Source of the DNA: Kudoa neothunni
Taxonomy: Eukaryota > Animalia > Cnidaria
Length of the DNA stretch: 64,000 nt
Reading direction: 5' to 3'
NCBI GenBank assembly: GCA_964304625.1
Contig: OZ199838.1
Location: 3,648,075 to 3,712,074, forward strand
The first letter of the stretch is position 1. Every line of letters begins with the position of its first letter. Position numbers and translations under genes: made by a program. The notes beneath the pieces were generated by a model. It ran no database searches. It was not told the origin of the DNA and saw only the letters and a list, made by a program, of their open reading frames with translations. Positions 13,455 to 26,555 of the stretch are shown in pieces.

Positions 13455-15409
13455 AAAGGAATCAATTTATCAAATCACGTGACCAACATAATAGTCAATT
13501 TTGGGTTGATTCTTGGAGGTTATATTTTTGTTCTCAAATAAAAAAGGAGAAAATTAAAAATCAATCTTTCGAAGTAATGAAGAAATGCACGTAATAATTA
13601 TAAGTTATTTAATTTTGTATATAATGGTGCAAAAATACCATGACATAACATTTTAAAATATACGATGTATCAAAATTAATTATGAATGTAATTTTTTAAA
13701 ATATTCGGGTATTTCAGTAGTAAACATTTGATAACACTGTAATGGGAAATGATTTATCAATTAATTAGGGCTTATGACTTAGTAGTTGGATGAAACGAAA
13801 AAATCTGACTAATTTCAGTTGATGACATAAATATAACTAATAAATTGATTAATTTCGGTAAGAATTAGCTCAACTATTACCTGGTATGACATCATAGTCC
13901 TAAAAATGATTCGGATACGGAAAGAATATATTTTCATTCATAATCGGTTGATATATGTTCAAATACAGATAATGAGTTCTCCATCAATGTTTTAAACTTG
14001 TATGAACATTTCTCTTATGATTAAATATTTAATTAATACAAATTTATTTAATTTTATCGTAATTGGTGTTAAAAGTTCCAACTTATGAATAAATTATTTT
14101 CTAGGTAAAATCCTATTTTATACTAATTTAAATCGAAAAAAGTAAAAATTCAACGATGCTCATAAGAATGATTTATGAATTTGTGGAGGTCAAGAAAAAG
14201 TTTTTTGGGATATTTAAACAAAACCGATTACGTATAAAAAATAATAGAACAAATTATATTTCTAAACAAAGGTAGTTGCCAATTAAAAATATTGTTGCAG
14301 ATGCAAAATATTAAAATATTTTGACATACAATATAAAAAAGTTATTTAATAAATGATTATAAAATAAATAAGAAATAAAATAATTTTTATATTTCCAAAA
14401 AATAAACCATTCACTATATTTTATCTCAATGTAATTTGATATAAACATTTTATGTAAAAATATCATTTGACCGAAAATGAAAGATTATTTCTCAATGTAA
14501 AAATCTTAAGAACATTTTTTTAGTTATTTTCATTTGAGAAGCAATCCTAATACCAATGCTGAATAATAACGAAAATGCAAAGAAAAAGTCACCGCATGTG
14601 TATAAATTACGTACTGTTGGTTGCAAATTTTAGTACGCCATTATTTTTTAAAAAGCGGTAATTCGAAAGGTAAGTAATATCCAAATTTCATTAGTTTTGA
14701 CGAGATTTAATTAAATCTGTATATAGCTTATGTGGTTATGGTAAAGTATATGACTCCAGAAAAACGCCATCATGCGTGCTTTTTTTCTTTTCATTATCAA
14801 TAATAAATCAAAAGAATACTGAGCGTAAATATTGAGCTCAATAAATTACCTCTAAATTTTTTCCTAATTCCTATTCGACTACAATCGGATACGAGTGTAA
14901 TCCACATCGTTTGGCAATAAACACCGAAAAATGGCCGATCATTTTCTTATTTTATCCTAATTAGTACATTAGAACCATTATTTAAATTTTCTTAATATTT
15001 GCGTTCCAAATTTAGCGTAGTAACTCTTCTAAATTAACTTTTCTAATATTAAGAAATAATATGTCGTCTATCTTTATTTCTAAAAGTCAAATTAACTTTT
15101 AAAACATTTATTAACAACTATATTTGTTTACTTTAGTTTATAAATTTTTATTAGTACATTATTATTAGTGAAATAATTTTTATATGTCAATTACTTGCGA
15201 AATTGAAACTAACAATAATTATATTAATCGTACATTGATATTTTTGGTTATAAAATCTAAACAAGATGTTAACTAGAAATATTACAATGCGTATTTTATT
15301 TGTCTGAAGATATTAAATTGGATAACTTTTAGAAATAATAAATCGTATATTTATGATATGCAAGAAACCATCACCTTAAACATACAACAACGTAAAAAGG
15401 CTTAAACAG

Positions 15410-15577
15410 CAGTTAATCAATTCTACGTAATCTCCATCGGATTGGCAAAAAAGTACGTAAAATCAGTTGCCGACTGTGTTATTATATGCTCGCGCTAATA
15501 AGTGCGTAAGATCGGACGTGACCAATTTTCCACACTTTTCTGCGATCCCCGAGGAGATTACGTAACACCGGTCACTG
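15410..15577. mobile_element. Small inverted-repeat element (MITE-like)
   Basis: ACGTAATCTCCATCGGATTGGCAAAAAAGT is inverted to ACTTTTCTGCGATCCCCGAGGAGATTACGT; CAGT...ACTG termini. Confidence 0.5.
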
Positions 15578-16219
15578 ATTGTATTATTATTTATATTTTT
15601 GAACAATAATTTAACTAACAAATTATTTTTATTCATTTAATAATGACTTGTTAAAATTAAAAATTGATTTTTATCATAAAATAATTTTATGCGTGACTTT
15701 GAGAACTATCTTGATAATATTGATCCTCTTTTCGGCGATAATTAAGAAAATATAATCAGGCCATTATAAACTGATTATCTTAAAATACCCATGAATTCTT
15801 TTATTGATTTATATTAAAAGAAAAATTTATGATTAATAATTTTATTAATATACGGAAAATATATTACTATGTTGTATTACAGAGAAGTTGGAAATTAATT
15901 TGAATAAATACGTAGTTTTTAATTAATATGGAATATTAAATTCGTGCGTGAAAGTGATAATTGGTTGATAATGAAAGAAAAATATTCATAAAAGTGTGAC
16001 TTTGTAGTCAATATCATTTTTGTTTTTGAAATTAAAAATAAATGACTTAAAAATTCAATTTATTAACAATATTTTCGACTTACTTTTCTATATAGTCCAG
16101 GTTATTATCTGAGTTCGTGACCTTTAATCGTTTTTGAAAAATCTGGTAAAATCGTATACGATACGGAGATATTAATATTATTAGATAAAAAATATTGAGA
16201 TTGGTGACATTTCAATCGG

Positions 16220-19200
16220 ATGTTTCATAAAATATTAATTCTAGCTATATTTGGAGTGGTTTTTCCAAATCTGCACACTTGTGTTAGAGCGGAACGCGAA
16301 TCACATCCTCCAAATGTTCACGTAATATGGATATTGCTTGCATTGTGTGACTCTAACAAAATTTAGTATTTTGTGAATATTGTCTTGGAACTATACACGA
16401 GTTGTATTCGCGTCTATGAGGTTATTATTAGAGGGGAATATGATTATACTATCGAACTAATAAACACAGTTGACCGTAAGATTGATGAGATTAATGATGA
16501 GATGAGTTTAATTTTTGTAGTTCCTGAATATTTTATTACAGTCAAGTATTCCACCGATGAGTTTGAAAATACTCTTGTTGAAAAACTTTGGGAAGCACTA
16601 AAGAGGGCAAATATCCGTACATACGCTGAGAATGTTCAGTTCAATGTAGTTCAAACAAACACCTTATTAATGACGTACTAATAATTTATTCTGTCGGCTT
16701 TTTTCTATTCCAAAATAGTGAAGATATAAACCAACATTATTACGATGCATTTAACAGGATTAATCAGAGAGAGCGATATTACGGGAGCAATAAGGATGAA
16801 CTATTTACACATATGATAAATATCAACACATTTAATAGAGCGGATAAAGCGTGGGCACTTTATTATTTGGCCTACGTAAAAAAACTAGTATGTGCTTTGA
16901 TGAGTCGTGAAAATGATTTTATTGTTCTTAGATCAAATGGAATGACTTTCTTCTATATATTGACGATAATTCTTTCGCTGTTTCCTTAGTAAATATGTCA
17001 TATAGTTTGCCACATTCTGAGTATGCTCTCAAACGAAATGTAAACTTCATTGTCGGTTTTGATACCTATTACCGAGGAATTGAAATATTAAAAAATCGAA
17101 TATTCAACTACCTCAAAGTATTCAGTTTTTTTGTTTTATTACTAAGTTTGATGTCACGAATGGACAACCAGAATGTAACAACGAATGGTAAAATCGTCAC
17201 CCCATGCTACCCTAATAAAGAATATAAACTGGATGATCCAACCACTTTGACTGTGGTCTGTTCGGGATGTGCCATTACAAAAGAAAAACAAGACAGCTTA
17301 AAAGGTTACACACTTACTGGAGAATTCAATTATGAAAAATGCGCAAATATACTGGAAAATCGTGCCTTTCAATACAGTCTCCCGGTCCTTAAAGAAAGGA
17401 GCCTAAATTATGAATGGAGAAATTTTATTTCGTTATTCGAATATCATCGTCAGAAAGTGAGATTATTAATTTAATTGAATAAATAAATAAAATATGTGTA
17501 CACGATTTGATCTTAATATGAACATGTATAGTTGGTTATAGTTCAGCCGGGACAAAATGCACTGGGTAGTCATGTAAGAACAGATAACGTGAAACATTTG
17601 TACAAATATGTGGAAAAAGAATGTATAAATCTATCGGAAGTATTTGCCACCAACATAATTTAATCTTTCATTAAATAACTTTAGGATTCAAGTCCAAGCG
17701 CTTGCTTCAATGCGTTTTATACCTACTATATTTACAATAATAAAATACCTGCAAAGTCTTCCTTTAAAGTGAGATTTGACATTTTTCTGTACTGACGAGT
17801 TTGATTCCTAATTCAATTGCACCACATAATAAAACTAAATTTTCGAATATTGAATCAATTCCCCAAAATATCCTTAATATTATATTTAAATCTAACTTGT
17901 AACTAAAATAAATTTGGGATATGTTATAAATTACAATGCCACATTTTATTTTTATATTTTTTCCAAAAACCATTCTTAAGTGTGAAAAATATATTAAAAT
18001 AAAATTTTAAAGTTGCTGAATAAAAAACCGGTCAATAATCACTCCATTATTTAAATAAAAATTAGCGATAATTTTTCTATTTAACCCTCCAAACATTTTT
18101 GGGGCCCAAATGGACCCCACGCACACTTTAATCTCAATTCACTGCTCACTGAAAACTTTAAAATGGCGATATCCAATCATTATTCTTTAAAAGTTTCTAT
18201 ATATACATAATTTAATTTAAAAATTTGTAATTTTTTGTTTTCTAGGATTTTATATCAAATACTTACAACAAGCAGTTTTGGGATCCAGGAGGACCCCACG
18301 TTTTTATTTCTCAAAAACTTTTATAAAATTATAAAAAATAAAATACTCTAATTTCGTAAGGTTATATCCATTAAATATTGAGAAAAATCAAGGTTTCTGT
18401 TTCCGAAGCGTAACGAGCGAAACCGGTTGCCACCGGTCGTTAGGAATGGAAGAGTTATGTGATGGTTTTCTAACAATTTACGACTCTGATTGCAGTGAAA
18501 TGGAAGATATTATTGAAGAATGTTTCTCTTCATCTACTTATAATAGTTCAAATAATTATTACATCACAAAAATTATTTGTTATGGTCTTTAGTTGTGCTT
18601 TCAAATACAAAAATCAAGAAAGAAAACATCTTAAACAAACCTCTAGGTCTAGCTGCATTTGTAACATCCCGAATTTACGATTTATATGATAGTTTTACCA
18701 TTTTTTTGATGATGAATTTTTCAATTTTGCCATTACTCACACTAATAAGTTTAGTGCTTTTCTTTACGGATGCAACTAGAAAATTTAAATATAATGGAAT
18801 TTAAACCATTCATAGGAATTCTTAAATATACTCCAATCTTTAAATCTAAAATGGAGTCTCTTAAGTAATTGCGGAGCTTGAATAAAGGACATCGTATACT
18901 TCGTAGAGTCATGTCGCTTTATAGATTCATCCAAGTAAACAGAAATATTCACTTTGATGATTGTGAGACAAGGGTTTGCGATGAGAAGTCGATAAGTTTT
19001 TCCCGGTGACCGAGATTTTCAACAGGTTGAAAAATATTTTGCCGATGTGTCTAATTCCTCTGCTCATCTTGCTGTTGATGAACAATTAGTTTCATTGAGA
19101 GGCGGGTGACCCATTACGCAGTATATTCCCACCAAACTTGCGTTTTATGTCATTAAATTTTTTTCTTTTAACTGATCCTCATCATACCAATAATACACGT

Positions 19201-20844
19201 AACATCTTAGTTTATCTTTGAGGGAACAATGACCAGATTATCAAATGTGTTGGTGAAAAGGCCAGTAAAAACTTTTGTTGCGATAATTTTTACAATTCGG
19301 TTCCATTGGCAAACAAAATTCTTAACCTAGTTTTAATCATTCTGGAGACAATCCAAAATAATAATGGGGATATCTCATTACTTTTTAAAGTTAGGGAATA
19401 GGTGTTTTTTGGTTCAATTTTCCTAAAAAGGACGTGGTCATTTTATTGGCGACGCCCCCAAACAATGTTAATTTATGCCGTGATCAGACAAAAAATCCGC
19501 AAGTTATCGTCGATTATAACAAAACTAAGGTTATGCGGATACATTAGTTAGTATTCCGCCTACGATAAAGAGAGGTATATTTTCTGCGCTCGGTTCTCTG
19601 ATATAATAATAATAATGAACAAATGTTATTGTTGCTCCAAACATCGCTGCAACAATCATTTGAGAATTATTTATTACAGATGGAAACAGAAAATAACCAG
19701 TAAAATTTATTTAATTACATATTATATTTTTAATTATTATTTTTGAGACTTTTTAGCATAGTTAAGAAATATATTAATTATTAATCCATATTTTATTATA
19801 AGTGATTGGCCTCTATGTGAGTTCGCAACGGTGGATATACCAAATTTTTTATGAATATCAGTTAGGTAATATTGTATTTTATGTCATCTTAAAAAATGTT
19901 ATTAAATAATTATAAGAGTCGGTAAAATCAGAATCATTTTGTTACAAGTGAACGTAGGTATTTTCAGATGTTATTAGAATTTTGAAAGGTCCACTATCTT
20001 GTTAGTATCTAGAAAATGCTGTGAAAATATCATATAATATATTAAAATATAATTTCATTAATATTTAAACTCGTAGAATTAGTAAATAAGTCTTCGTAAC
20101 TCATCGACTATAATTGCCACGCAAGTAAATTGTGATTATTTCGTTATTGCTCGAGTAAAAAACTTGTTAAAAGACTATAATTATAATTCATAATATTATG
20201 TATCAAAATAAGTAATAAAAATCTGGGGTCCTCCTGTACCCCAAAACTGCTTGATGTATAGTCGTTTTTGGCATGATTGGAGGTTTAAATAATCGTCTTT
20301 ATTGATGAATAATTTATATTATAGTACAATATTGTATTAATGTTATTGTTTGTGATTTTGTAATGTTATTTTTTTATATAAAGAACCCTTTGGTTTCTCT
20401 ATACAAGGTAGGTCTTTTCGGCATTTTTTTACTAAAAAATATTTTAAGAATGCTGAATTACATTGGGACGAATTTATCATATACGATAAACTTGGTTATA
20501 AATTAAACCAAACTCTTATTCGTACACCAGTCCTTCCTACTGCAGAATATAGATGTTTCTACAATTTGGGTCCTTGCAATTATGATTCTAATAAGGATAA
20601 AGAAATGGATAAAAATAAGGATAAAGATGATAAAGATATGGCGTTAATAATATTCATAGAGTAAGTGAACAATTTTTTTACATATATAAATTTTTTTAGA
20701 TATTTAAAATTTTTGTGGAAATATCTTTTAGCAGCGATCCCGGCTTCACTTCTTATTTGGGGAGGTATTCAACTTTACTTCAAGTGTAAAAGAAAATCCA
20801 ATGTGAAAAAGGTTAGTGATAGTCAAACAAAGATTGATGAATGA
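16220..20844 (+). CDS. Divergent CD39/GDA1 (ecto-NTPDase)-like membrane protein, copy A; catalytic motifs degenerate
   Basis: Intact spliced frame: hydrophobic N-terminus MFHKILILAIFGVVF, then YFVNIVLELYTSCIRVY (ACR1 position), RADKAWALY (ACR3), LLYIDDNSF (ACR4), TPCYPN, YTLTGEFNYEKC, ACFNAFYTY, AELHWDEF (ACR5), C-terminal TM LLAAIPASLLIWGGIQLYF and a basic tail. Exon structure is colinear with copy B. Confidence 0.75.
18085..20284 (+). mobile_element. piggyBac transposon with decayed transposase, inside an intron of copy A
   Basis: TTAA|CCCTCCAA ... TTGGAGGT|TTAA; subterminal inverted repeats near 18264-18300 and 20222-20258; motifs MSLYRF..IHFDD, AVDEQLVSLRG, CDNFYNSVPLA, PQVIVDYNKTK with stops and frameshifts. 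Confidence 0.9.
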
Positions 20845-21454
20845 ATGCTAATACCTAATATTCATGCTTACCTTAACAAAATTTACAAACTATTATCACG
20901 TTTTCGATGGAATATTTGTCCTTATGAATAAAGCAAATGTAAAAATATTACAATGAATGCAATTTAATAATCAATAAGTTGTTTCATGCGGCTATAATCA
21001 TTTACCTATCATGAAAATTTTAAGTATGTGATCTCTCACTTAATCGGCTTCTACGACCCAATAATAATAATAATAATAATGGTAATAATTCTTACGATGA
21101 ATAACTTAATGATAATACCGGAGACAGCCATCCTTGAGCATAATCGTAATACAACCTTCGAGACCGCGTTATGATATGATGCTAAGAAAATTTTTATGGA
21201 TACGTAATGTACTTTTTGTTCAATACAAAAACTCGATTTTTCGACATCCTCTCAACTAATTTTAATTTCACAATTTTTAAATATTTTTTGTATTATCATT
21301 TAACGGTATTACTCGCGATATATCATTCCCTTAATGAAATTAAAATTTATGTCAATTATGACCAGGTATTGCAGTTTTCGATTAAAATCGTCGAATTTTT
21401 TAAAAAGTTTCTGTTTATTTTGGCGCAGGCGCACTTGTTTTTTATCCGAGTCTG

Positions 21455-23140
21455 ATGGGCAGAAATAGAAGAGATATTTGTAGTTACGCCCTTGAATGGG
21501 AATATTTGAGGTGTCAGACGGTGATTTAATTTGCAATTATTGCAAGATAAAACTATTTCCACAACAAAATCGATGTCAAGAACAATTTAATTCAAAAAAG
21601 CATAACTCTGAAATCTGCGTTTGAAAAGGCCTCCACTCTTCCAAACATATTCTTTAGGAGTATTGAAAATGGTGATTCGGAAATAGATTTGGTATCTGTT
21701 GTCGCATTTGATGGACTCCCGCTTTCGTCAATTGACAAAAAAGTTCTTTGCCACAATTTTTATCGAAATATTGTTGGTCATCTCGTACTTCACCATACGC
21801 TCGTTCACTGATACATAAATACTTACCTATTTTGTTCGAACGTTATATGTTTGCATTGAAAAATACTTTAAAGGCTCGACGCTTTCCATTGATCATTGAT
21901 GAGTCGCCCGACTCTAAAAATAGACCTTTGTTTAACATTTTGCTATGTTACTTTGATATAGAGAACAATACAAAAAGAATCATCATTCTTGATTCAAAAG
22001 CCTTAAGCGAACGCAACACAGTTATAATTACGAGCGAAGTTGCGGAATTACTCCAAAAACACGATATTAAATTAATTGGAAAAATTGTATGGTTATCGTA
22101 TCCTATTCGGCATCATACATGAAAAAATATTACAAGAGCATAGCTCTAATGTATAATCTTATTGTTCGAGTTGCTTACTTTTCACATTTGATTCATTCTG
22201 CAATGGTCAAACAATTGATTTGATCTTCATTAACATAAAACGATTTTGTATGAAGTTTTCATCTCTTATTGCTAAGAACAGATAGACTAAAACCAAATTC
22301 CTACACTTTCTTCAGAAAAATGATTCAGAATACACAAAATCAGTTCCAGGCGTGCTTGATATAAGATGTTACAGTTTGTATAATTGCGTGCTAACTTTTC
22401 AAGAATATTTTCTAACAATAAAACAATTTATTGTAGAATCTAAACATAGTTCTGTTCCTAGATTTACCACCTTGTTTGATCTGTCTGTAACGTCGTTGGG
22501 TGAAATGTCAATTTATCTAAAACTTATTATCAAGTTTCTCTCTCCATTATATGAATTTTAAATTACAAACCGAATCTAATGATTCTATTGGTATCTCGAG
22601 TCTCTCCGACTGGACAAACTCAAACTACAATATATCTTTAACAACGCTATTAAACAGCAGTAATCTTACCTCTTTCTTTTTACCAAAGAGAGAAAGTTAT
22701 CCAAAAAATTACCGGATTTCATGAATTACTCTTCTATCAGCTCAAGAATTCAATCAATAAACTAATTGAGGGATGCGTTCTATCGATTGGTTTTTTAGAT
22801 AAAATAGAGAACTTAGATTTTTCTCTGAAGGGATGCGTTAGAGATGTGAATCCGAGAGATATTCAATTGTTTGTTCCTAGTGACAAAAGAGGAGACCAAT
22901 TTCAGAATGAATGATTGTGATTATCACAGGGTAATATAAATACGGTCATTGTAGAATCTTGGAAAAACATACATCACAATATCCAGTATCTCATCTCTCG
23001 CACAAGATTTGTTATCAACCTCCATATTGTGCATATCTGTCGAAAGTAGCTTTTCGTAGATAAAACATATGTTTACCCTCGGCCGAACATACTGATTGAA
23101 AGGTGCAAGATTCTTTCAATTCTTTATTACAACGTGTAAG
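21455..23140 (+). mobile_element. Decayed hAT-superfamily transposase
   Basis: N-terminal CxxC (LICNYC), LIIDESPD first catalytic Asp, FSHLIH, C-terminal SVESSFS dimerisation-like motif; many stops. Confidence 0.75.
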
Positions 23141-23389
23141 CTCACCTGAATCATCGCCAAAACTAGACATTGAGCAAACAATAAAACCAATACTAATTAC
23201 ACAACAATAACTAATGGGAACTAAGTGTTTAGATGTAGCCCTAAGAGAATGTTAGATGGGTAGAGATGATGTCACACAATTCAGAATTAGATAAGTAATA
23301 GCATATTATGCTTATAAATATGCATAAATGGGTTTACATAATTTCCGAGGCACGGATAAATTATTACTCACCTAACAGTGGTACACTGT

Positions 23390-24393
23390 AAAAAAATATA
23401 CAAATTGAAAGAGAAAGGGGGAATATTACAATATCGAATATTTTAAATCTTTGTGAAATCCAGGTAAGTACTTTAGGGGTGAAAAATTCTGCTTTTATGA
23501 CCCTGGCCCGAATGATATTCAACGCATTGTAATTTTAACAACAAAAGAACATTGAACGTTTAAATAATTCAACGGTAATGGTAGCAGATGGAACTTTTGA
23601 TATCGTCCTAAAGAGTTTTTACAGCTCGGTACCCTTAATGAAAGCATCTTAGACAAATTTTTCCCTCTGCTTTTTGTTTTAATGAAAAGCAAAAATCCAG
23701 AATTTTGTATTAATTAATCAAGTTAATATATAAATGCCACATAATATAATTATGGATTTTGAATATGCATCTTTTGATGCTTTTAAAGAAGCATAAAAAT
23801 TTTCAACTATCTAATTTTGCACTTTTCGTTTAAGACAGTATGTTTTGAGGAAATTACAAAAGTTTGGTATGAAAACAATTTACAAAAATAATGTGGAATT
23901 TAGACTTCTAATCAAATCTTTTACTTTGTTGGAATTCGTTCCTGAGGAAAATTCTTTAGAAGAGTATGAAAAATCGAAGATAGAATCTAGGAAAGTAAAT
24001 TAAATATCATTAACTCCATTTCTAGATTATTTCGAAAACAATTTCCTATATGGACGCAAGTATCCTTAACGGCTTGGAACTCGTACAAAAGAGTAATGGA
24101 AAATCTATCATTAACCTCGAACAATACGGAAAACTTTCACAAATGTTTTAAAGCATTATTCGAACAATCGCATTCAGGACTGAATAATTTTGTAGAAAAG
24201 CTGCAACAATGTCAAAACGTCAACGAACAAGAAATATAATTTCCAATAGATAATCCATTTAATGGTTCCACTACGAATAAAAATCATGACAAAACGAATA
24301 AAATAAGAGTGGCCTGCGAAAATTATAAGCGCTACACTACGGATTATTTTATATTAAAACATTGGCCAAACTGTATAATTGGTGTATAGATTA
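23390..24393 (+). mobile_element. Decayed Mutator/MULE transposase
   Basis: YDPGPNDIQRIVIL, VADGTFDIV, MDFEYA, CTFRLRQ (CxFH-like), TSNNTENFH motifs with stops and frameshifts. Confidence 0.8.
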
Positions 24394-25470
24394 GAATAGT
24401 TATTTTATGTAATTATGTTAGTTTGCAATAAATAATTGGTTTTTCTATGTTATTCAAACCTATCATAACATGGTCAACAGGGAACGTTGGGCGAAATTTC
24501 GCCTCACTAAAGCATGCCAGAAAAAATCAAAATCTTGAGCTTCAATGGAGTCAAATGATCGAAGATATAGTGTAGGGTGGGGGTTTGATTTTGGATACAC
24601 GCTAACTCTCAATAAAAAATGTGTGTTTGTATTATTTATTTTCGAACGAGATTCTTTTTGTGGCACTATATAAATAACTATAAAGAAAACAAGTTTTGTT
24701 ATACATGTATAGTATCTGTTCTCATCCCAGGGTACAGACAGACTCTTTAGGCACGTAAATGGCTAATGAGTTTGTCAATTTTCTATTATTAAGTGGGGAT
24801 ATAATAAATTTAAAAATGCGCCCCGGTTCATTGGGCTTATGTGTCCCGAAACACCTCAAGAGTGTTCCCGATGGTCTGTATATATTGAAATCAATAAGAC
24901 CCTACAACTCAGGGGATAGTTTTTGCGACAGGAATTCTTGGTCGTTCGAATTTTTGAAATAAATTTCCTTCCCTCTCTTCGGCGAGGCCTAACAAAAAGA
25001 TAGTACCAACATTTTGTCACATTCTTGTTTGGTTTCGTGCACAGATGGTATTTTAATATTGTGACATTAGAGCTGCTGGCCTCCGTAACGTTTTCCAGCT
25101 CTTCTACTAATAGTTTTATTTTTTTCCAAACATCAATCTTCTGAAATATCCCCATACTTCTTTACGCTTAGATCAAAGTCTATGAAAAGAGTTTGTGGTG
25201 AGTCCCCTTTTTATATATTCGAACACACCTCTGTTGTCAGAGATGAGCCCTCCAATATCAAAGGGGCTCTCTGCAGCTAACCACCTCCAGTAAGTACAGT
25301 CAACAAACGGTTATTGCACATTTTTTTGGAGAATCGTAAAGAAGTACGCAATACCCATCTAATAACGCGTGTATGAAATCAAACAATTATCTTCATTAAA
25401 ACAAACTACTTAACATTTATTTAAATTTAAATTCCAACAAAAAATTTTCATACGTATTCCTGTTGCGAAT

Positions 25471-25503
25471 CCCCGGTTGAAAACTACTGCATTAGAGGGT
25501 TAA
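25471..25503 (-). mobile_element. hAT terminus joined to a piggyBac-type terminus
   Basis: CCCCGGTTGAAAACTACTG|CATTAGAG|GGTTAA. Confidence 0.55.
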
Positions 25504-26555
25504 GATAACGAAATTGTATTAATCTCATACACATTAATATATAGGGTTGATGTTAAATATCGAAATCTCTTTGCAATCATTATATTGGGTCTAGTTAATA
25601 ATGCTTATTTCCATAATGTATTAAATAATTAGAAATTAACGTATATATTACTTATTATCTCTATAATATTGGGTTTGGCAATGGAAGATCATCCCCGAAT
25701 CGTTACAGTAATTTTTTTATTATTTACTAATACACAATTAATGTACAAATAAATGTTATTAATTAAAATAAATATTAAATTTTTGGGATTAACGAATAAA
25801 TTCAATTGGTTAAAATGCGGAATAGTGGTCAAATTTTCAGATTACAGATTATAATTAGTTTGATTATTAATCCTATATTTTTAATCCCAAATTAGCGTTA
25901 TAATTATGCTAATATTTTTTCCAGGAATGACTTATCTTCACTCAATATATTATTTTTGATATTATGGTTACGCATTTGCTACAATTGAACACCTAATGCT
26001 TGTATAAAATACGAATTCTTTTTTCTTATAGACAGATTTAACAATAGGCAATCGCTAAGGATGAAATATGGCAATTCAACAAAATTAAAGTTGTCCAACT
26101 TAAACTCTACAACATAATGCATGCTTTATTTGAGCCAAATTAATTAGTGGTATAGCCTGTCGAAAGAATCGCGAAGACTAGGAGTTCTCTGCATTAATAG
26201 ATTACTGCAAGTGCTATTGTGATGACAAATAGGGGTTGCTAAAAGTACCGTACTGATGAGTGACCCAACATTGATTAATACTCAATAAAATATTCAGCGG
26301 GTTCGTTTTTGTACGTTGTCGCTAATTTGGATAACGACCACTATGATACATTCCTACCATCAATTATAATAGAAACTAAAATATGATTAGCTTAATAAAA
26401 CAATTCATTTATTTTTATTAGCAATATAAACAAGATTATTAACATATTATGTGAAAAAATCCTATTAATATTATAGTAAGCTCTATACTTGGCGGAGATA
26501 ACAGATTGATAATAGCATTAATTTGTCGTCTTAACTAGAAACTGTTCAATTCCAC

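Noticed and set aside
26248-26316. Hammerhead ribozyme (CTGATGA with flanking stems)
   Set aside because: No GAAA core after stem II and no stem III
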